This document shows positions 43,949 through 49,002 of a stretch of DNA of 49,002 nucleotides, one piece after another. Position numbers and translations under genes: made by a program. The DNA is from a virus. Lineage: Duplodnaviria > Caudoviricetes. The DNA lies in IMG/VR virus record IMGVR_UViG_3300049142_000071, positions 1 through 49,002 of that record; one strand, 5' to 3'. Within the stretch, counting starts at the first letter, position 1; every line of letters starts with the position of its first letter. The notes beneath the pieces were generated by a model. That model worked only from the letters and a program-made list of their open reading frames with translations. It made no database searches and was not told the DNA's origin.

Positions 43949-44163
43949 TGGCTGAACTCCTGCTCTTCCAAGGGAAGTTGGTCGTCGGCCACGGGTACGG
44001 GCCGGGCGAGGACGGCACGGAAGCGGGCCGGGTCCTGGCGGATCGCGGCGCGCTGGGCGGGGGCGAGCTTGCGCCAGCAGCGGCCGCCGATCCCGCCCCG
44101 CTGCCGTGCGGCTGCGGACCGGGTCGGCTGGTGACACATCGGGCACTCGACAGGCGTACTCAC
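43945..44163 (-). CDS. DUF6011-like Zn-finger protein
   Basis: CPMCHQP..S..RQRGGIGGRCW; GTGA coupling. Confidence 0.65.
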   Translation of the reverse strand: MSTPVECPMCHQPTRSAAARQRGGIGGRCWRKLAPAQRAAIRQDPARFRAVLARPVPVADDQLPLEEQEFSQ

Positions 44164-45677
44164 CCGGCACCGCCGACCGGGGCGGTGGCGGCCCGCCAGG
44201 CGTCGAGGACGCGCTTGGGGATCTGGCCGACGCGCGGGCAGGCGATCCCGTTCTCGGCGGCCCATGCCCGGACGGTGCGGGTGTCGTAGTCACGGACGAC
44301 CGTGCCGGCCTTCCGCTTCTTCTTCGCCGGGGCGAGCTCGGCCTGGCGCGCGGTGAGTTCGGCGAGCTGCTTCTCCAGCTGCTCGCGCTGGGTGGCGATG
44401 GCGGTCAGTTCCTCATCCGTGGCGTGGCGGTTGCGCAGGCCGGTGAGGATGGCGCGGCCGCGGGCGGCCTGGTCCCGGATCTCGGGGTCGGGGTGCTCGT
44501 CGCCCCATGCCAGGAGGTCGTCGACCGGGAGCTTGGAGGCGGTGAGTTCGGCGGCGGTTGTGTCGGGCATCAGGTCTGGCTCCTCGGTCGGGGCGGTGGG
44601 GTTGGGGAGGTGGAGGCGGTTGTCGCGGGCGGCCTGCGGGCCGCCCTGCTCGTCGATCTCGTCGAGCAGGTTCTTCAGGGCCTGGACTGTCACCGGCGGC
44701 TCCTTCTTCGGCAGGGCAGCGCGCAGGGTCTCGTCGGTGAGGTGCGGCCCGGAGATGCAGGCGCTCACACCGCAGTTGCTGAACACACGCCCTGCTGGCG
44801 GGCGGCCGTAGTGCTGCTCGAACACGACGTGCCGGGCGTTGAACCGCGTGTTCTCGGCGTAGAGCTGGGGCAGGCGACCGGACATCGGCCCGGTCCACCG
44901 GGCATGCCCTTCGCCGTACGGCTCGACGTGCTCGGCGAGGACCTCAGCCTTGGGACGGGAGGCGTGCCCGCCGGTCTGCCCGGACGGCTCGAGGCCCGCC
45001 TGGCGGCGGATGCGGATGATGGTCGGAGGGCTGATGCCGACCTGCTCGATGATCTGGCTGTACGGCGCCCGGGCGCGCAGCAGCTCGATGGTGCGGCGCT
45101 CGATCTCCGCGCGCTCCTCAGGCGTGTACCGGTATCCCGGACCTGTTCGGTATGGGATGCCGTACGCCTTCCGAGTCGCGGTGACCACCGGGGAGCTGAC
45201 GTTCAGCTGCTTCATGATCTGCCGGTGTGTGAGGCCTTCACGCAGGAGCTCGGCGACGTCCTCGCGCGGCGTCGCGGGGGCAGGCTCGGCCCGCTTGCGC
45301 GGCTTGCCTACGGTCGGCGCCGGGCCGGGCTTGGCAGCAGTCTTCTTCGGGCGTGCGGGCGTCTTGGGCTTCGCCGGCACGCTCGCCTTCGCGGCCGGGG
45401 CCGAAGCAACGGGGAGCTGGCGAAGGACGTTCAGGGCGGCACCGCGGTCGGCGGGCAGGACGGGCAGTGCGCGGCGTTCCTGGTAGGTGAGGCCGCCCCA
45501 GATGCCGTTGGTGGCCTTGCTGTCGAGGGCGTCGTGCAGGCACTCGGCGCGAACCGGGCAGCCGCCGCAGATCTCCTTGGCCTCGGTGGGCTTGGCCGTG
45601 GCGAACCTACGGCTGTTCTTCCCGCCGCAGGCCGCGGAGGCAGGCCAGTCCGCGGCCGCCAGAGTGGGCCCGGTCAC
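44160..45677 (-). CDS. Multidomain regulator: WhiB-like, two HTHs, His-Me-finger-like segment, Lsr2-like DNA-binding domain
   Basis: W...AAC...AKEICGGCPVRAECL...GIWGGLT..ER (WhiB); VRAWAAENGIACPRVGQIPKRVLDAW (Lsr2 C-terminal). Confidence 0.85.
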   Translation of the reverse strand: MTGPTLAAADWPASAACGGKNSRRFATAKPTEAKEICGGCPVRAECLHDALDSKATNGIWGGLTYQERRALPVLPADRGAALNVLRQLPVASAPAAKASVPAKPKTPARPKKTAAKPGPAPTVGKPRKRAEPAPATPREDVAELLREGLTHRQIMKQLNVSSPVVTATRKAYGIPYRTGPGYRYTPEERAEIERRTIELLRARAPYSQIIEQVGISPPTIIRIRRQAGLEPSGQTGGHASRPKAEVLAEHVEPYGEGHARWTGPMSGRLPQLYAENTRFNARHVVFEQHYGRPPAGRVFSNCGVSACISGPHLTDETLRAALPKKEPPVTVQALKNLLDEIDEQGGPQAARDNRLHLPNPTAPTEEPDLMPDTTAAELTASKLPVDDLLAWGDEHPDPEIRDQAARGRAILTGLRNRHATDEELTAIATQREQLEKQLAELTARQAELAPAKKKRKAGTVVRDYDTRTVRAWAAENGIACPRVGQIPKRVLDAWRAATAPVGGAG

Positions 45678-46042
45678 CGGCCCCACCGGCTCTGCGGCTG
45701 GCCGAACAGCGGGGGCTGGACGGTGGGGCGGCGCCGTGCGGGCCGCGACCTCGGCGCCGCGGGCGGCGGCGTGCTCTGCTGGCTGCCGCCGGTGCAGGAC
45801 CCCCAGTGCGCGATCGCCTTCCACTCCAGGAGCTCGACGTCGGGCCGCTCCGCGTCGAGCTCGCGCACGACCAGGCCGCCGAGCCCGGTGGTGTGCGCGG
45901 CGTACCCGCCCGCCGGGGACGGCAGAGCGTTGAGCGGGATGCGCCGGCCCTTGAGCGATCCGGTACCGGTGGCCCAACGGATCTGGGCGCCGCACCGGGT
46001 GCAGGTGGTGACGCCCTGGGTGGGGTGCGGGGTCGTGGGCAT
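45674..46042 (-). CDS. Zn-binding phage hypothetical protein
   Basis: CTRCGAQIRWA...IPLNA...HWGSC; TGATG coupling. Confidence 0.7.
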   Translation of the reverse strand: MPTTPHPTQGVTTCTRCGAQIRWATGTGSLKGRRIPLNALPSPAGGYAAHTTGLGGLVVRELDAERPDVELLEWKAIAHWGSCTGGSQQSTPPPAAPRSRPARRRPTVQPPLFGQPQSRWGR

Positions 46043-47868
46043 CAGGACTCCTCTCCGCGCGGCTGAGGCGCGGCAGTCCGGGCGGTGTGAGGTGTGGCGC
46101 GGCGGCGGCCGCGCGGTGTCATGCATGGGCGCCAGGCCTCGGCGAGGCAGCCGGGTTGCGGGCATGGCCTCGAGAGGTCCCCGACCGCGGGGGCGCGGCG
46201 CGCCGCGGCGCGGAACTCGGCGGGCACGTAGTCGTCGCGCATGGGCGCCTCCTCGATGACGCGCGGGACGGTCGGCGCCGGCCGGGGCCCGGCGGGCGCG
46301 GGGGCCGTGGGTACGCCGTACTCGGCGCGCAGCAGCTCGCCCGCGCGCAATACGCCGTACCGGTGGAGCGCGGCCGCGGGCCCGTGCTCGGCGGCCACGG
46401 CCAGGACCTCGGCATCGTCGGCCTGGCTGCGCTGCCGGTACGTCGCCTTCGGCAGCGTTCCGGGGCCGGCCGCACGGGCGGCCTGCAGCTCGGCGAGCCG
46501 CTCGCCCCAGGCCCGGGCCTGGCGCCACTGCTCGCTGGTGATCTGTCGCTGGTGGGCGCAGGTCTCGCAGGTCTCGCCAGTGGGCCACACGGTGCCGTCC
46601 TCGCACAGCGGCTGGCCGCAGCCGCGCGGGACGACGGCCACGGCCAGGAGCCAGGCGCCGACGTCGCGGATGGTGCGGGCGTCGCGGTAGCGGGCGGAGA
46701 TCCGGGCGGCCATCCGCTGAGGGGTCATCAGGGTGCGGGCGGCGTCGTCGAGCTGGCGGCCGATTTCGCGGGCGACCCGGCGGAGCATGAACCTGCTGAC
46801 GCCGTCCAGGAGGTGCCGGACCGGGGCCAGGCTCTCGTGGATGCGCTTGGTCCACTCCAACTCCGGCCCGGCGTACGGGGCGGGAGGACTGGCAGGGGTG
46901 GGGCGGGTCCCGCGCGGAGCGCGAGCGGCGTCCGGCCGGAACGTGTCCGGCACGGTCCCGTCGAGGTTTTCCACAGGGGCGGCGACCCACTTACGGTCAC
47001 TTCGCCTACGGCGGGAACCACCCACGGTCTGCGTCTCATCGGGTCGGTCAGTCTGGTGATCTTCCTTAGACGCGAGGGATCCGTCATGATCGCCCGAACC
47101 CGATCCGTCATAGACGACCGGTGACCCGGCCTCCCATAGCGGGAGTTGCTCGTCCTGGTCCTCGAGGGCCGCCGCCTCCGGCGCGGCCGGAACCGAGTGG
47201 AGCGGGTGGCGGTGGGTCTCGTAGGCGTGGCGGCCCTGCTCGCCCTCACGGCGCCGCACGGTGAGCCAGCCCGTGGCTTCGAGGTCGTCGACCAGGCGGC
47301 GGGCCTGGCGCTCGCCGAGGTGCTCGCCGGCGCGCTGACCGGTGTGGTGGTGCAGCATCTCGCCCAGCTCGGCCGCGGTCACCGGGATACGGCGGGCGGT
47401 GGCGTAGGCGAGGAGCGCGTACAGGCGCAGCAGGCGGGGGGTGAGGGACTCGGCCGCGCGGACCGGGATGCGCACCCACAACTCGCCCTCGGCGAGCGGG
47501 CGGACCACACGGTGCGCGGACTGGCCGCGGCCGCCGCGCAGAGTGCGCCGGACGGTCGGCACTTCGACCAGGCCGTCGACGGTGTCCGGGCGGGCGAGCG
47601 CGCGCAGGCCTCGCTCCGCCGCGCTCTTGGACATGCCGAGGTACTCAGCGAGCACGGCGACCTTGGCGGTGCAGCCCTCCGGGCGGAGGGCGAGCGCTGC
47701 CACCTTGACGTAGACGGCCAGGGCAGCATCGCTGTACTGGACGCCTACGACCAGGCGCAGAGGCACACGAACCGTGAGGCCGCCGTCGCGCGGGCGCACC
47801 CCGGCAGCCGCGCTGTGCGGCTCGGGGTGCGGTGCAGCCGGAGTGGCTGCGAGCGCGGCGACGGACAC
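46042..47868 (-). CDS. Replication initiator-like protein with two wHTH domains and Cys clusters
   Basis: VAVLAEYLGMSKSAAERGLRAL and AAELGEML...QARRLVDDLEATGWL; CGQPLCEDG..CETC; CPQPGC..C..H. Confidence 0.72.
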   Translation of the reverse strand: MSVAALAATPAAPHPEPHSAAAGVRPRDGGLTVRVPLRLVVGVQYSDAALAVYVKVAALALRPEGCTAKVAVLAEYLGMSKSAAERGLRALARPDTVDGLVEVPTVRRTLRGGRGQSAHRVVRPLAEGELWVRIPVRAAESLTPRLLRLYALLAYATARRIPVTAAELGEMLHHHTGQRAGEHLGERQARRLVDDLEATGWLTVRRREGEQGRHAYETHRHPLHSVPAAPEAAALEDQDEQLPLWEAGSPVVYDGSGSGDHDGSLASKEDHQTDRPDETQTVGGSRRRRSDRKWVAAPVENLDGTVPDTFRPDAARAPRGTRPTPASPPAPYAGPELEWTKRIHESLAPVRHLLDGVSRFMLRRVAREIGRQLDDAARTLMTPQRMAARISARYRDARTIRDVGAWLLAVAVVPRGCGQPLCEDGTVWPTGETCETCAHQRQITSEQWRQARAWGERLAELQAARAAGPGTLPKATYRQRSQADDAEVLAVAAEHGPAAALHRYGVLRAGELLRAEYGVPTAPAPAGPRPAPTVPRVIEEAPMRDDYVPAEFRAAARRAPAVGDLSRPCPQPGCLAEAWRPCMTPRGRRRATPHTARTAAPQPRGEES

Positions 47869-48006
47869 GGGCGGTTCTCTTTCTGGAGGGATCGGTGCTG
47901 GGGGCCGGGTCCCGCCCGCCCGGGGGATTGGAGGGCGGGACCCGGTGTGGCGGCCGCCGCGGGCTCAGGGGTGCCCGTCGGGGGATGGCGGCCGCCGGTC
48001 AGGTGG

Positions 48007-48456
48007 TCACTGGGAGGTGCTGGTGTCCCGGCAGGTGTGTTCGCGGCCCTGGGTGAAGTAGCCGGCCTCGCAGCAGGCAGCTGCCGCCGCCTCGTGGTTT
48101 GCCAGGAGCGCCTTGATCTCGCGGGAGGCCTCGTCGCGGGCCTTGTTCATGTCCTCGAGGAAGTCGTCGGCGGCGGCCTGGCCGTCGGTGGCCTCGATGT
48201 AGGCGAGTGCTGCGCCGATGAGGGCGGCCGTGGCGCACCTCGGGATGATGACGCCGATGTCGTCGCTGGTGCCGCCGATGTTGTTGGTCAGGTGGAGTGA
48301 GACGGCGGAAGTGCCGTGTCCGCAGGGGAAGTCGGGGTTGAGGCCGGCGCCGCCGCCGGTGGCGACGAAGGTTCGGCTGGGGTCGGTGTGCTTGATCTTC
48401 ATGGAGTAGCCCGTCCGGTCGGTGGGTTGAGAGCTGGGCGGGTGAGGCGTGGTCAT
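48007..48456 (-). CDS. Hypothetical protein
   Basis: 149 aa ORF in the early operon; start uncertain (48456 or 48402). Confidence 0.6.
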   Translation of the reverse strand: MTTPHPPSSQPTDRTGYSMKIKHTDPSRTFVATGGGAGLNPDFPCGHGTSAVSLHLTNNIGGTSDDIGVIIPRCATAALIGAALAYIEATDGQAAADDFLEDMNKARDEASREIKALLANHEAAAAACCEAGYFTQGREHTCRDTSTSQ

Positions 48457-48479
48457 CGCCCGCCCAGCGGCTGGCGGGG

Positions 48480-49001
48480 TCAGTCCTCGCGCAGGAAGCG
48501 GCGGGCGCGGGCCCGCTCGAGGGCCAGGGCCGGGATGACGAGGTCATACAGGCGGCGGCGGGCGCAGCCGTCCGGGCCGGTGGTGGCGGGCCGGTAGGCG
48601 ATCCAGCCGCGGCTGTGGAGGGTCCGCAGCGCGACATCGGCCTGCATCTCGCTGAGCCCCGTGGCCCTCGCGAGGTGACCGGTGTCGGGCTGGTGCGACG
48701 AGCCGATGCGGCCGCTGTCGTGACGCGCCCGGAACAGCAGGTCGTAGGCGACGAGTCGGGCATGCGGCGGGAGACCGCTACAGGTGAGGGCGTAGCGGAA
48801 CGTCCTGCGGAAATGCTCGGTGTCGGTGAGCACTCCAGGGGCGATCGCTTCTTCCGCGGTGAGGGTGCGCGGCTCGTACAGCGGGCGCCGCGGGGCGGTC
48901 TCCTCGGCGACCGGTTCCGGGGCGCGCGCGTGCTCGGGCTCGGCCACCGCAGCCGGGGCGGGGGCGGCGTTGGGGGCGTTCTTGGAGCGGGCGAGGTCGC
49001 C
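48480..49001 (-). CDS. wHTH protein, possibly 5'-truncated by the window edge
   Basis: SGLPPHARLVA...PDTGHLARATGLS...ALRTLHSRGWI; frame open to the end of the window. Confidence 0.7.
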   Translation of the reverse strand, partial: GDLARSKNAPNAAPAPAAVAEPEHARAPEPVAEETAPRRPLYEPRTLTAEEAIAPGVLTDTEHFRRTFRYALTCSGLPPHARLVAYDLLFRARHDSGRIGSSHQPDTGHLARATGLSEMQADVALRTLHSRGWIAYRPATTGPDGCARRRLYDLVIPALALERARARRFLRED

Positions 49002-49002
49002 G

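Larger units (their letters stand above)
1..49002. mobile_element. Temperate siphovirus-type prophage integrated at tRNA-Pro; right end lies beyond the window
   Basis: tRNA 3'-half at the left edge. Complete terminase-portal-protease-capsid-tail-lysis gene order, plus repressor and replication genes. The last ORF is open at the window edge. Confidence 0.95.

Overview
High-GC actinobacterial DNA, most likely Streptomyces (inferred from GC content, gene families and a TTA codon). The window is almost entirely one temperate siphovirus-type prophage. It starts at an attachment-site copy, the 3' half of tRNA-Pro(CGG) at nt 4-45, and is cut off at the right inside the early/replication region. No integrase or intact tRNA is visible. 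Order left to right: att; XRE repressor and regulators; an accessory RiPP-like module (PIMT-type methyltransferase, radical SAM enzyme with a Cys/Asp-rich tail, Cys-rich protein, divergent XRE-TPR regulator, HAD hydrolase); tailspike and lysis genes; tail, head and packaging genes (HK97-type, minus strand); HNH; late control region; DNA methyltransferase; a 5.4 kb membrane-protein cassette resembling plasmid spread genes with its own operator and regulator; early genes (WhiB-Lsr2 fusion, replication initiator). The most striking signals are: (1) a radical SAM protein that appears to carry its own precursor-like tail, coupled to an aspartimide-type methyltransferase, in an operon whose first gene has a TTA codon; (2) a full -1 frameshift signal (C CCA AAA, 6-nt spacer, stem-loop, nearby stop) at the portal/MuF junction; (3) about 28 GTAC motifs in 690 bp, in all three codon registers, inside an Spd-like membrane/HTH gene. 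All calls come from manual motif reading; no database searches were run.
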